The position numbers and the translations under genes were made by a program. A stretch of DNA of 55,688 nt from Kineosporiaceae bacterium (GTDB taxonomy: Bacteria; Actinomycetota; Actinomycetes; Actinomycetales; Kineosporiaceae): NCBI GenBank assembly GCA_035541595.1, contig DATKNA010000146.1, positions 1 to 55,688 of the forward strand, written 5' to 3'. The notes under the pieces were generated by a model. The model was not told the origin of the DNA and did not search any database. It worked only from the letters and a program-made list of their open reading frames with translations. Below, one piece after another: positions 27,667-36,638 of this stretch. The stretch's first letter is position 1. Each line of letters begins with the position of its first letter.

Positions 27667-28395
27667 TTACGAACGGCCGGTGGCGAGCACCCGGTACGCC
27701 TCGGCCAGCCGAGTCCTCGCGAGTCCGGCTACCGCCGCGGTCGCACGCCCCCACCTCCGGAGGCGGTCGTCGAGGTCGTGCATGTGGCCCGTTTGGCTCA
27801 TGTGCGCCCGCAGCGCCTCGATCTTGCGGTCGAACGTGTCGGTGATGTCGACCCAGTGGTTCGGCTGCGGAGCCGCCGTCAACCACACCTCCCCGACCAC
27901 CCACGGCTCCAGGGCCTCCTCGGTGAGCAGTTCGGGGTAGGCGAAGGGATTGCGGGCGGCCGGGTACACGGCACGGATGGACGCTTCGCCGGCGGCGAGG
28001 TGATCGGGATGGCTCGCGCCGATGCGGTCCCAGTTGCGCTCCGGCGACTGGAAGAGCATCCGGTCCGGGCGGACCTGACGGATCACCCGGACGATCGCCC
28101 GCTGCAGGTCGTGGTTCGGCTCGAGCCAGCCGTCGCGGAACCCGTCGAGGAAGCGGACGTCGTCCACGCCGACCACCGCCGCGGCGTCGCGTTGCTCCTG
28201 CTCGCGGATGGCGGGCACGAGCTCGCGCGGCGTCTCGTCGAAACCCCCCTGGTCCCCGCGGGTGCAGACCAGGTAGGTCACGGCAAGTCCCGCGCGCGTC
28301 CAGCCCGCGACGGTACCGGCTGCGCCGAACTCCAGGTCGTCCGGGTGCGCGGCCACGCAGAGCACGCGCTGCACGTCGGCGTCGTCGATCGGCAC
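27667..28395 (-). CDS. PIG-L family deacetylase (MshB/LmbE-like)
   Basis: VLCVAAHPDDLEFGAAGTVA (AHPDD motif), later HPDH. 242 aa. Confidence 0.85.
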   Translation of the reverse strand: MPIDDADVQRVLCVAAHPDDLEFGAAGTVAGWTRAGLAVTYLVCTRGDQGGFDETPRELVPAIREQEQRDAAAVVGVDDVRFLDGFRDGWLEPNHDLQRAIVRVIRQVRPDRMLFQSPERNWDRIGASHPDHLAAGEASIRAVYPAARNPFAYPELLTEEALEPWVVGEVWLTAAPQPNHWVDITDTFDRKIEALRAHMSQTGHMHDLDDRLRRWGRATAAVAGLARTRLAEAYRVLATGRS

Positions 28396-28419
28396 GCCGC
28401 CATGCTACGGACGGGGCCT

Positions 28420-28457
28420 GGGCGCGGCCGGCCATGGGCGCGGCCGGCCATGGGCGG
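28420..28457. repeat. 16-bp tandem repeat (GGGCGCGGCCGGCCAT) x2.3
   Basis: Copies start at 28420, 28436 and 28452 (last one partial), between the divergent PIG-L and pcrA genes. Confidence 0.6.
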
Positions 28458-28522
28458 GGCCCGCCACGAGCGATGCGGACGTCGTCGTCGGCTCGTCCGG
28501 CGATCCCGCAGGGCCCGCCGGA

Positions 28523-28545
28523 GTGTCGGTGTCACGACGTACGCT
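28523..28545 (+). promoter_or_regulatory. RecA-NDp (PafBC-type DNA-damage) promoter motif upstream of pcrA
   Basis: GTGTCGGTG-N8-TACGCT matches tTGTCRgtg-8nt-TAnnnT. The -10 ends 10 nt before ATG 28556, so the mRNA would be near-leaderless. Confidence 0.6.
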
Positions 28546-28555
28546 GGCGGGCGAG

Positions 28556-31054
28556 ATGAGCACCCTCTTCGACGATCTTCCGCTGCCGGGTGTGCCCGCG
28601 ACCGGCGACCTCCGCGACGACCAGGGGCCGCCGGGGGGGCTGCGGATCCGGGTGCCTACGGCCGGGAGCGCCGCGCGGGCGCCCGGCACCCGTGCGGACA
28701 ACTCCGCCGGGGGTGGCGACGGCGCAGCGAGAGCTCGCCGGGTGCAGGCCCTCCTGGAGGGGCTCAACGAGCAGCAGCGGGCGGCGGTGCTGCACGAGGG
28801 CTCACCCCTGCTCATCATCGCCGGGGCGGGGTCGGGCAAGACCCGGGTGCTGACCCACCGGATCGCGTACCTGCTGGCGGCGCGGGGGGTCCGGTCCGGC
28901 CAGGTGCTCGCGATCACGTTCACCAACAAGGCGGCGGGCGAGATGCGCGAACGCGTAACCGGGCTCGTCGGGCCTGCCGCCGAGACCATGTGGGTCTCCA
29001 CCTTCCACTCCGCGTGCGTGCGCATCCTCCGGCGCGAGGCCACGAAGGTGGGGCTGCGCTCGAACTTCTCCATCTACGACGCGGCGGACAGCCAGCGACT
29101 GATGGCCCTGGTGTGCCGCGAGCTCGACCTCGACCCGAAGCGCTACCCCCACCGCTCCTTCAGCGCACAGGTGAGCAACCTCAAGAACGAACTCGTCGAC
29201 GAGGAGAGCTACGCCGCCACGGTCGCTGACGGCACGCACACCGAGCGGATGCTCGCCGAGGCGTACGCCGCGTACCAGCGGCGTCTGCGCCAGGCCAACG
29301 CGCTCGACTTCGACGACCTCATCATGACGACGGTCAACATCCTGCAGGCCTTCCCGGACGTCGCCGAGCACTACCGCCGCCGGTTCCGGCACGTCCTCGT
29401 CGACGAGTACCAGGACACGAACCACGCCCAGTACGTGCTCGTCCGGGAGCTCGTCGGCGGTGCGCTGTCCCAGGTGGTCGCCCGGGCGGAACGTGAGCAG
29501 CTGGGCGAGGTGCCGGACGGCGAGCACGCCGGGGCGGGCGAGGTCCCGCCGGCGGAGCTCACCGTGGTCGGCGACGCGGATCAGTCCATCTACGCGTTCC
29601 GCGGGGCGACCATCCGCAACATCCTGGAGTTCGAGGACGACTATCCCAACGCGCGGACGATCCTGCTGGAGCAGAACTACCGGTCGACGCAGACGATCCT
29701 GTCCGCGGCGAACGCCGTCATCGAGCGAAATCCGCAGCGCAAGCCGAAGCGGCTGTGGACGGCCGCCGGTCACGGCCCGCGGATCATCGGCTACGTCGCC
29801 GACAACGAGCACGATGAGGCGTCCTTCATCGCCGAGGAGATCGACCGCCTGACCGACGCCGGCGAGGCGGTGCCCGGTGACGTCGCCGTGTTCTACCGGA
29901 CCAACGCGCAGTCCCGCGCCCTGGAGGAGGTCTTCGTCCGGGTCGGCCTGCCGTACAAGGTGGTGGGCGGTACCCGGTTCTACGAGCGGCGCGAGGTCAA
30001 GGACGCCCTGGCGTACCTACGGGTGCTGGCGAACCCCGATGACACGGTCAACCTCCGGCGCATCCTCAACGTGCCCAAGCGGGGGATCGGCGAACGGGCC
30101 GAGGCGGTCGTCGCCGCGTTCGCCGAACGCGAGCGGATCGGGTTCGGCGCGGCACTCCTGCGCGCCGCCGAGGCGCCCGGGATCGTCACCCGCTCGGTCG
30201 CCGCGATCAACCAGTTCACCGAGCTGCTGGAGGAGATGCGCACTCTGGTGGAGGCGGGTTCGGGTCCGTCCACCCTGCTCGAGGCCGTGCTCGAGCAGAC
30301 CGGCTACCTGGCAGAGCTGCGGGCCAGCCACGACCCGCAGGACGAGTCGCGCGTGGAGAACCTCGCCGAGCTCGTGGCCGTCGCGCAGGAGTACGAGCGC
30401 AACGCCCCCGAGGGCACCCTGACCGAGTTCCTCGAGCAGGTCTCCCTGGTCGCAGACTCCGACGAGGTCCCCGACGGCGCGATCGCCGACGGAGCGCACG
30501 GTCACGGCGAAGGTGGCGGCGTCGTCACGCTGATGACCTTGCACACCGCCAAGGGGCTGGAGTTCCCCGTGGTCTTCCTCACCGGCCTCGAGGACGGCAC
30601 CTTCCCGCACATGCGCTCTCTCGCCGACCAGACGGAGCTGGCCGAGGAACGCCGCCTCGCCTACGTGGGGATCACGCGCGCACGGCAGCGCCTGTACCTC
30701 TCCCGCGCCGCCGTCCGCAGCGCCTGGGGGCAGCCGACCTACGCGCCGGCGAGCCGGTTCGTGGGGGAGATCCCGCCGGAGCTGGTCGAATGGCGTCGCT
30801 CGGAGTCCACGGCGACGCAGCCGTCGTCCCAGCCCGCGGTGGCCCGGCTGGCGTCCCGCGCGGGCGTGAACTCACCAGGGGCACGGGAGATCGTCCATCT
30901 CGAACCGGGGGACCGTGTGACGCATGACGCGTTCGGGCTGGGCACGGTGATCGAGGTCGAGGGCACCGGCGACCGGAGCGTCGCCAAGGTCGACTTCCGG
31001 GGCCAGGGCGTCAAGCGCCTTCTCCTGCGCTACGCCCCCGTCGAGAAGCTGTAG
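28556..31054 (+). CDS. pcrA: ATP-dependent DNA helicase PcrA/UvrD1
   Basis: Walker A AGAGSGKTRVLTHR, motif II VDEYQDTN, LEQNYRST, TLHTAKGLEFPVVF, VGITRARQ, and a Tudor-like C-terminus (GDRVTHDAFGLGTV). ATG 28556 sits just downstream of a promoter motif. Confidence 0.92.
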   Translation: MSTLFDDLPLPGVPATGDLRDDQGPPGGLRIRVPTAGSAARAPGTRADNSAGGGDGAARARRVQALLEGLNEQQRAAVLHEGSPLLIIAGAGSGKTRVLTHRIAYLLAARGVRSGQVLAITFTNKAAGEMRERVTGLVGPAAETMWVSTFHSACVRILRREATKVGLRSNFSIYDAADSQRLMALVCRELDLDPKRYPHRSFSAQVSNLKNELVDEESYAATVADGTHTERMLAEAYAAYQRRLRQANALDFDDLIMTTVNILQAFPDVAEHYRRRFRHVLVDEYQDTNHAQYVLVRELVGGALSQVVARAEREQLGEVPDGEHAGAGEVPPAELTVVGDADQSIYAFRGATIRNILEFEDDYPNARTILLEQNYRSTQTILSAANAVIERNPQRKPKRLWTAAGHGPRIIGYVADNEHDEASFIAEEIDRLTDAGEAVPGDVAVFYRTNAQSRALEEVFVRVGLPYKVVGGTRFYERREVKDALAYLRVLANPDDTVNLRRILNVPKRGIGERAEAVVAAFAERERIGFGAALLRAAEAPGIVTRSVAAINQFTELLEEMRTLVEAGSGPSTLLEAVLEQTGYLAELRASHDPQDESRVENLAELVAVAQEYERNAPEGTLTEFLEQVSLVADSDEVPDGAIADGAHGHGEGGGVVTLMTLHTAKGLEFPVVFLTGLEDGTFPHMRSLADQTELAEERRLAYVGITRARQRLYLSRAAVRSAWGQPTYAPASRFVGEIPPELVEWRRSESTATQPSSQPAVARLASRAGVNSPGAREIVHLEPGDRVTHDAFGLGTVIEVEGTGDRSVAKVDFRGQGVKRLLLRYAPVEKL

Positions 31055-31083
31055 CCGGGGCGTCGCGGCTCGGCGCGCGGTCG

Positions 31084-31147
31084 CTGCCGGTCGGCCCGTG
31101 AGTCCTGCCGGTCGGCCCGTGAGTCGCTGCCGGTCGGCCTGTGAGCA
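31084..31147. repeat. 21-22-bp tandem repeat x3 (CTGCCGGTCGGCCCGTGAGTC)
   Basis: Copies at 31084, 31105 and 31127, between convergent pcrA and the cupin gene. Confidence 0.85.
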
Positions 31148-31154
31148 GCGGACG

Positions 31155-31520
31155 TCAGCCCGCGTAGTAGTCGTTGCCGCGGGAGAACTCGACGAAGCGG
31201 GCCGGCTCCTCCCCGACGGTCCACGCGTCGTGGCCCGGCGGCAGGAGCATCACATCACCCGTCGAGAAATCCTGCGTCGAGCCGTCGTCCAGCGCGACAC
31301 GCAGGGTCCCGCCCAGCACCAGGGCGACGTGCGGCAATGCGCACGAGGCTGTTCCGGCGTAGGCCTTGAGGTCCTCCGACCACCGGGCGCCCACCCCGAA
31401 GGTCACTTCAGTGACGCTGACGCCGTCCAGCTGGGCCGTGCGCTTGCTGATGCGCCCGTGGACGTCGGGGGCCACGTCGGCAAGGTGGGCGCGCTGGAGC
31501 GTGGGGTTGTACGTCGGCAT
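31155..31520 (-). CDS. Cupin-domain small protein
   Basis: 121 aa from ATG 31520 with GGAGGA 4 nt upstream. Beta-rich; GDVMLLPPGHDAWTV is a cupin-like motif. Confidence 0.7.
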   Translation of the reverse strand: MPTYNPTLQRAHLADVAPDVHGRISKRTAQLDGVSVTEVTFGVGARWSEDLKAYAGTASCALPHVALVLGGTLRVALDDGSTQDFSTGDVMLLPPGHDAWTVGEEPARFVEFSRGNDYYAG

Positions 31521-31582
31521 GAGCTCCTCCGCGGTCGTGTCCGGGCGTGCTGCTACCTGGTGGTGCGTGGTCGTGAGGGGGG

Positions 31583-32092
31583 TCAGATGGCTGCTGTGGG
31601 TCGTCGGTCTGCCGTCCGGAGGCGGATGTCGTTGCAGGCTTCGCAGACGCTCCCCGGGACGATGCCTCGGCGTATAAGGACGCCGAAGATCGTGCACCCG
31701 ATGCAGAAGCCCGCGGCCGATTCCAGGGTCGCGGCGACGACGACGAGTGCGACGGTGACCCGTCCGGCGGTCCCGGCTCCGGTCACAGCGAGTACCAGGG
31801 CCAGCGTCGACAGCAGCGCTCCGATGCCCTGGGCGAAGCGCTTGGGCGGTCCGGGCACCGGCCTGGGTGCCAGCGGGAGCCGGGGTCTGAGCCACGTGGT
31901 GACGAACAGGGCCAGGGGGCTGAAGCGGGGGCCGTTGAGGACCCGGGCGACGAAGCCGTAGGCGAGCAGGGCCACCAGCGGGGTCCAGCCCGTGAGGACG
32001 TAGGACCCGGCCAGGACGACCACGCCGGCTGCAACCAGCCGCGCAGAGACCTCGTCCACGGGATTCGGGAACGAGGGGAGCGTGAGTGACAT
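31583..32092 (-). CDS. DUF4395-like membrane protein
   Basis: About 4 TM. C-terminal AAGFCIGCTIF...GSVCEAC cysteine pairs typical of DUF4395. ATG 32092 has GAGG 6 nt upstream; an alternative ATG is at 32107. Confidence 0.65.
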   Translation of the reverse strand: MSLTLPSFPNPVDEVSARLVAAGVVVLAGSYVLTGWTPLVALLAYGFVARVLNGPRFSPLALFVTTWLRPRLPLAPRPVPGPPKRFAQGIGALLSTLALVLAVTGAGTAGRVTVALVVVAATLESAAGFCIGCTIFGVLIRRGIVPGSVCEACNDIRLRTADRRPTAAI

Positions 32093-32376
32093 GGGTGACC
32101 TCGGCATTCCATGACGCAGCGCAGCGGGGGAAGACGGCGGAGCCGACCGGGCGGGCTGGGCCGGAACCGGGCGAGGTCAGGCCCGACAGCAGTGGCTCGC
32201 GACGCGCATGAGGTCGACGTGAAGGCGTCTCACCAGCCGCACGACGTCCTCCGCTCCTGCGCTTGCCCCGCGCGCCGTTGCGCCGGGCCAGGTCGACACC
32301 CGGGGCACCCCGCCGAGGAGGAGGGTTGCCGGCCAGCAAGCCGGGGCTTGACGCTGGCGCTCATGACCGCGCCATT

Positions 32377-32405
32377 ACGGTAAGCACGCCCGGCAGGGGC
32401 GTCAA
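32377..32405 (-). promoter_or_regulatory. SigA-like promoter TTGACG-17-TACCGT reading toward the DUF4395/cupin genes
   Basis: Reverse complement of 32377-32405 is TTGACGcccctgccgggcgtgctTACCGT. It lies about 280 nt upstream of ATG 32092. Confidence 0.5.
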
Positions 32406-32418
32406 TACGCGGCGATCG

Positions 32419-33636
32419 CTAGCGCCGGCGCCGGCCCCTCGTCACCACGGTCTCCTCGAGCAGCGGTGTGACGCCGGCGCGCAGGGTCGTGCCGTCCCAG
32501 TCGAGCTGACTCAGCACGGCGGAGATCTCGTGGACCACACGGCCGTCCAGCGGCAACGACATGTGCCCCACGCCGTGCACCCGCACGTTGCGCACGGACA
32601 GGTCGTCGTGTTCGAGGCGCGCGTTGGCGTGCGGCAGGATGACCTGGTCGAGGTCGGACCAGTAGACGATGAAGCGGGTGCGGCATCGTTCGGCGGCCTC
32701 GGCCAGCTCGTCGTAGAGATCGCTGCCCGGGCGCAGCTGCCGGCAGAGCCGGACGGGCACCAGGCACGCGGTCAGCGTTCCGGCGTGCGGTGTGCCGAGC
32801 GTGACCAGGGTGTGCACGCGCTCGTCGCCACCGAGCCGCTGCACGTAATAGCGCGCGATGAGGCCTCCGAGGCTGTGACCGACGAGGTGGATCCGTTCGT
32901 AGCCGGTCTGCGCGATCAAGGCCTCCACCTCGGCCGCGAGATCGCGGGCCGCCTGCCGGATGTCGTTGGTCACCGGCGAGTAGTTGATGGTCACGACCCG
33001 GCCGAAGCCTCGCCGGCGCAACCGGCGCCTCAGCACGGTGAAGATCGCGCGATTGTCGACCATGCCGTGGACCAGCAGGATCGGCGTCCCTGCTGCCTCG
33101 ATGTCCCGGACGGCGAGCCCTCGTTGGGCCGGCCTCAGGCCCTCCAACGCGTACCGGTCGCTCGGTTCCGGCCGCTCCCGGAGCAGCCCGAACGGGTAGA
33201 TCGCCAGGTGAGCCGACATCCAGACCGTCTCCACCACGGCGCCGCGCATGCCGGCCGGGGTGAGCAGGGGACGGACGTCCTCGCGCAGCACTCGCAGGGT
33301 GCTCCGGCGGGCAGCGGCCGACCCGTGACCGTCCGGTGCCCGCTGCGCAGGTACCGCACCTGTGATCGAGCCGGCGGAGCCCACGATCCCGCCGGAGATC
33401 GCGGTGACGGGTGCGAGCAGGGGCTCCGACCCGGACCCGGGAACCCCCGGCCCCGGACCTCCGCCGTCTCGCCTGGTCACGACTCCTCCTCGAGCCTCGA
33501 GTCGGTCGATCCGCCCCTCCTGTCGTTCACCGGCGCCGGAAGATGCGGGAGTGGCACCGGCCGTTCGGCCCGACGCCGAAAGGGGCGGATCGTCTTCACG
33601 GTAAGCCCGTCGGGGCGATCCGTCAGGCTGGAACAT
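32419..33636 (-). CDS. Alpha/beta-hydrolase, lipase/esterase-like
   Basis: [10 protein letters not shown], nucleophile elbow [17 protein letters not shown]. Start ATG 33636 is preceded by AAGGA at 7 nt. The N-terminal ~130 aa are low-complexity. Confidence 0.75.
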   Translation of the reverse strand: MFQPDGSPRRAYREDDPPLSASGRTAGATPASSGAGERQEGRIDRLEARGGVVTRRDGGGPGPGVPGSGSEPLLAPVTAISGGIVGSAGSITGAVPAQRAPDGHGSAAARRSTLRVLREDVRPLLTPAGMRGAVVETVWMSAHLAIYPFGLLRERPEPSDRYALEGLRPAQRGLAVRDIEAAGTPILLVHGMVDNRAIFTVLRRRLRRRGFGRVVTINYSPVTNDIRQAARDLAAEVEALIAQTGYERIHLVGHSLGGLIARYYVQRLGGDERVHTLVTLGTPHAGTLTACLVPVRLCRQLRPGSDLYDELAEAAERCRTRFIVYWSDLDQVILPHANARLEHDDLSVRNVRVHGVGHMSLPLDGRVVHEISAVLSQLDWDGTTLRAGVTPLLEETVVTRGRRRR

Positions 33637-33776
33637 GGGATGATCCTTACGTTGGCCACCCGGAGGTCCCCCGAACGGCTGCCGGGTCGCACCTCGGCCC
33701 GATATCTCCCGAGTCACCCCGGGATAGGGTCGGGTATCCGGCCCGGCGCCCGCCCGGTCCGCGCAAGGAGGCAGCC

Positions 33777-34175
33777 ATGGCGCCGATCAGGATCGTCATC
33801 GCGAAGCCCGGCCTGGACGGGCACGACCGCGGCGCCAAGGTGGTCGCCCGCGCGCTGCGGGACGCCGGCATGGAGGTGGTCTACACCGGGTTGCACCAGA
33901 CGCCCGAGCAGATCGTCGAGGCGGCGCTCCAGGAGGACGCCGACGCGATCGGCCTCTCCGTCCTGTCCGGCGCGCACCTGACCTTGTTCCCCAGGGTGGT
34001 CGAGTTGCTGCGCGATCGTGGCGCCGCCGACATCGTCGTCTTCGGCGGAGGGATCATTCCCGAGGCCGACATCACCGAGCTGGAACGCCTCGGCGTCCGC
34101 AAGGTGTTCACTCCCGGCACGTCGATGCACGAGATCGTCGAGTGGGTGCGCGCCAACGTGGGCCAGACCGTCTGA
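33777..34175 (+). CDS. Stand-alone cobalamin (B12)-binding domain protein (methylmalonyl/isobutyryl-CoA mutase small-subunit-like)
   Basis: 132 aa. [22 protein letters not shown] (DxHxxG), [25 protein letters not shown] Shine-Dalgarno 5 nt upstream. Confidence 0.85.
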   Translation: MAPIRIVIAKPGLDGHDRGAKVVARALRDAGMEVVYTGLHQTPEQIVEAALQEDADAIGLSVLSGAHLTLFPRVVELLRDRGAADIVVFGGGIIPEADITELERLGVRKVFTPGTSMHEIVEWVRANVGQTV

Positions 34176-34289
34176 CCCTGCCTCGTCTGCGTGACGCGGG
34201 GCACGCCGGGGCCGTCCCGGGGAGCGGCGCCGAGGGCTAGGGTGGCGACCGAATCCCTGCCCGTCGCCCCCAACGGTGAGGACGCACCT

Positions 34290-35501
34290 GTGGATCTGTT
34301 CGAGTACCAGGCGCGGGACCTGTTGGCCGCGCACGGCGTGCCGGTGCTGGACGCGCGGGTCGCGACCACACCGGAGGAGGCCCGCGTGGCCGCGGAGAAG
34401 CTCAGCCCCTCCTCGGGCGGCGTGGTCGTCGTCAAGGCCCAGGTGAAGACCGGCGGCCGCGGCAAAGCGGGCGGCGTCAAGCTGGCCCGCTCGCCGCAGG
34501 AGGCGGCGGACCGCGCCGGCGAGATCCTCGGCATGGACATCAAGGGCCACACCGTCCATCGCGTCATGATCGCGCAGGGCGCCGAGATCGCTGAGGAGTA
34601 CTACTTCTCGGTGCTCGTCGACCGCGCGAACCGCACCTACCTGGCGATGGCGTCGCGCGAGGGCGGGATGGAGATCGAGCAGCTCGCCGTCGAGCGGCCG
34701 GAGGCCCTGGCCCGGGTCCCGGTCGATGCGATGGTGGGCATCGACACCGTGAAGGCGCGCGAGATCGTCGCAGCGGCCCGCTTCCCGGACGACGTCGCGG
34801 ACCAGGTGGCCGACGTCATCGTCAAGCTCTGGAACGTCTTCGTCGCGGAGGATGCCACCCTCGTCGAGGTCAATCCGCTGGTGAAGACCGAGGACGGCGC
34901 CGTCGTCGCGCTCGACGCCAAGGTGACTCTGGACGACAACGCGACGTTCCGCCACCCAGAGCACGCGGAACTGGCCGACCGCAGCGCCGTGGACCCGATC
35001 GAACAACGGGCCAAGGAGAGGCATCTGAACTACGTCAAGCTCGGCGGCTCGGTGGGGATCATCGGCAACGGCGCCGGCCTGGTGATGAGCACTCTCGACG
35101 TCGTGGCCTACGCGGGCGAGCGGTACGGCGGCGTGAAGCCTGCGAACTTCCTCGACATCGGCGGTGGCGCGAGCGCCGAGGTGATGGCGAACGGCCTCGA
35201 CATCGTGCTGTCGGATCCTCAGGTGAAGAGCGTTTTCGTCAACGTCTTCGGTGGCATCACGGCCTGCGACGCGGTGGCGAACGGGATCGTGCAGGCGTTC
35301 GAACTGCTCGAGAAGAACGGGACGCCGGTGACGCTGCCGATCGTCGTCCGGCTGGACGGCAACAACGCCGATCTCGGCCACGAGATCCTCGACAGCTTCA
35401 CGGCGACGCTGCCGCCCGGTGCGATAGAGCGGGTCGAGACCATGGACGATGCCGCTCGCCGGGCGGCCGAGCTGGCCGCGGGCCAGGGACAGGGAGCCTA
35501 A
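34290..35501 (+). CDS. sucC: Succinyl-CoA synthetase beta subunit
   Basis: GTG 34290 gives [19 protein letters not shown], the canonical SucC N-terminus. ATP-grasp plus CoA-ligase domains. Confidence 0.92.
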   Translation: MDLFEYQARDLLAAHGVPVLDARVATTPEEARVAAEKLSPSSGGVVVVKAQVKTGGRGKAGGVKLARSPQEAADRAGEILGMDIKGHTVHRVMIAQGAEIAEEYYFSVLVDRANRTYLAMASREGGMEIEQLAVERPEALARVPVDAMVGIDTVKAREIVAAARFPDDVADQVADVIVKLWNVFVAEDATLVEVNPLVKTEDGAVVALDAKVTLDDNATFRHPEHAELADRSAVDPIEQRAKERHLNYVKLGGSVGIIGNGAGLVMSTLDVVAYAGERYGGVKPANFLDIGGGASAEVMANGLDIVLSDPQVKSVFVNVFGGITACDAVANGIVQAFELLEKNGTPVTLPIVVRLDGNNADLGHEILDSFTATLPPGAIERVETMDDAARRAAELAAGQGQGA

Positions 35502-35504
35502 CCG

Positions 35505-36392
35505 ATGGCTATCTGGCTGACCCATCAGAGCCGGGTGCTCGTCCAGGGCATGACCGGTGCCGAGGGTCGCAAGCACACCCAGCGGATGATCAATGCCGGG
35601 ACGAACATCGTCGGCGGCGTCACGCCGGGCAAGGGCGGACAGACGGTCGAGTTCAACGACCGCATCGAGAAGCCCGTGTTCGACTCGGTGGCGGACGCCG
35701 TGGCGACGTCCGGCGCCGACGTGTCGGTCATCTTCGTGCCCGCGAAGGGCACGAAGAGTGCAGTCGTCGAGGCCGTCGACGTCGGCGTGCCGCTCGTCGT
35801 CGTCATCACCGAGGGCGTCCCGGTGCATGACACCGCCTCGTTCTTCCAGTACGCCCAGGACACGGGCACGACCCGGATCATCGGCCCCAACTGTCCCGGG
35901 CTGATCAGCCCCGGGCGCTCGAACGTCGGCATCATCCCGGCGAACATCACCAAGCACGGGCCGATCGGTCTGGTGAGCAAGTCGGGCACGCTCACCTATC
36001 AGTTGATGTACGAGCTTCGCGACATCGGCTTCGCGACGAATGTCGGCATCGGCGGCGACCCGATCATCGGGACCACGCACATCGACTGCCTCGCCGCCTA
36101 CGAGGAGGACCCGGAGACCAAGGCCGTCGTCGTGATCGGCGAGATCGGTGGTGACGCCGAGGAGCGCGCCGCGGCCTTCATCAAGGAGAACGTGACCAAG
36201 CCCGTGGTCGGCTACGTCGCGGGCTTCACCGCTCCCGAGGGCAAGACGATGGGCCACGCCGGGGCGATCGTCTCCGGCTCGGCCGGCACTGCTGCCGCGA
36301 AGAAGGAGGCGCTCGAAGCCGCCGGTGTCAAGGTCGGCCGGACGCCCAATGAGACGGCGCGCCTGATGCGCGAGGTGATGGCGTCGCTGTAG
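35505..36392 (+). CDS. sucD: Succinyl-CoA synthetase alpha subunit
   Basis: [23 protein letters not shown], and phosphohistidine loop GHAGAIVSG. Starts 3 nt after sucC. Confidence 0.95.
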   Translation: MAIWLTHQSRVLVQGMTGAEGRKHTQRMINAGTNIVGGVTPGKGGQTVEFNDRIEKPVFDSVADAVATSGADVSVIFVPAKGTKSAVVEAVDVGVPLVVVITEGVPVHDTASFFQYAQDTGTTRIIGPNCPGLISPGRSNVGIIPANITKHGPIGLVSKSGTLTYQLMYELRDIGFATNVGIGGDPIIGTTHIDCLAAYEEDPETKAVVVIGEIGGDAEERAAAFIKENVTKPVVGYVAGFTAPEGKTMGHAGAIVSGSAGTAAAKKEALEAAGVKVGRTPNETARLMREVMASL

Positions 36393-36408
36393 CCCCTCTG
36401 CGCGCGCA

Positions 36409-36468
36409 CTTGTGTGCGCTGCTCGGGGTCATTGTGGCCAGATGAACCCCGGTCAGCGCACACAAGTC
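36409..36468 (+). terminator. Long hairpin after sucD (14-bp perfect arms plus an inner 6-bp stem)
   Basis: ACTTGTGTGCGCTG..CGGGGT-loop-ACCCCG..CAGCGCACACAAGT, starting 17 nt after the sucD stop. No U-tract. Confidence 0.5.
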
Positions 36469-36538
36469 GCCGAGGGGGCCGAGCGCCATCGAGATCGAGG
36501 GGCCGTTTCCGGCTGACCGGTGGCACATGGTCGAGCTT

Positions 36539-36618
36539 GTGATCCCTTCAGGGATACATCACAGGTCACAGAAGTTTCTTGTGGCGCGCGTGTCACAACA
36601 GTCCCTTGCTTCTCACAG
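36539..36618 (+). promoter_or_regulatory. Low-GC stretch with repeated TCACA/TGTGA pentamers upstream of perM
   Basis: TGTGA at 36539; TCACA at 36560, 36567, 36594 and 36614 (as ATCACA, GTCACA, GTCACA, CTCACA). Confidence 0.3.
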
Positions 36619-36638
36619 GGCGCGACCATGGGGGGACC

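Noticed and set aside
28396-28555. LexA SOS box upstream of pcrA.
   Set aside because: No TCGAAC-N4-GTTCGA-like palindrome is present. The RecA-NDp motif explains the region better.
32230-32364. 44-codon minus-strand ORF (MSASVKPRLAGRQPSSSAGCPGCRPG...) with a CPGC motif in the DUF4395 leader.
   Set aside because: The composition is typical of non-coding high-GC sequence. It has no Shine-Dalgarno, and the ATG sits about 13 nt from the -10, which suits neither a leadered nor a leaderless start. It is kept only as a note within the leader finding.
33480-33776. Cobalamin riboswitch upstream of the B12-binding-domain gene.
   Set aside because: I could not find the B12 box (AGYCMGGAGACC-like) or the conserved GGTG/AATCC core. 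Much of the region is the 5' end and N-terminus of the divergent hydrolase gene.
33714-36257. 847-aa ORF antisense to the B12-domain gene, sucC and sucD.
   Set aside because: Same high-GC artefact. sucC and sucD on the plus strand are unambiguous, and the antisense translation is low-complexity.
36539-36600. CRP/GlxR-type site (TGTGA-N6-TCACA) upstream of perM.
   Set aside because: Half-sites are present, but the spacings (16 nt for TGTGA..TCACA, 8 nt for TGTGG..TCACA) do not match the N6 geometry.
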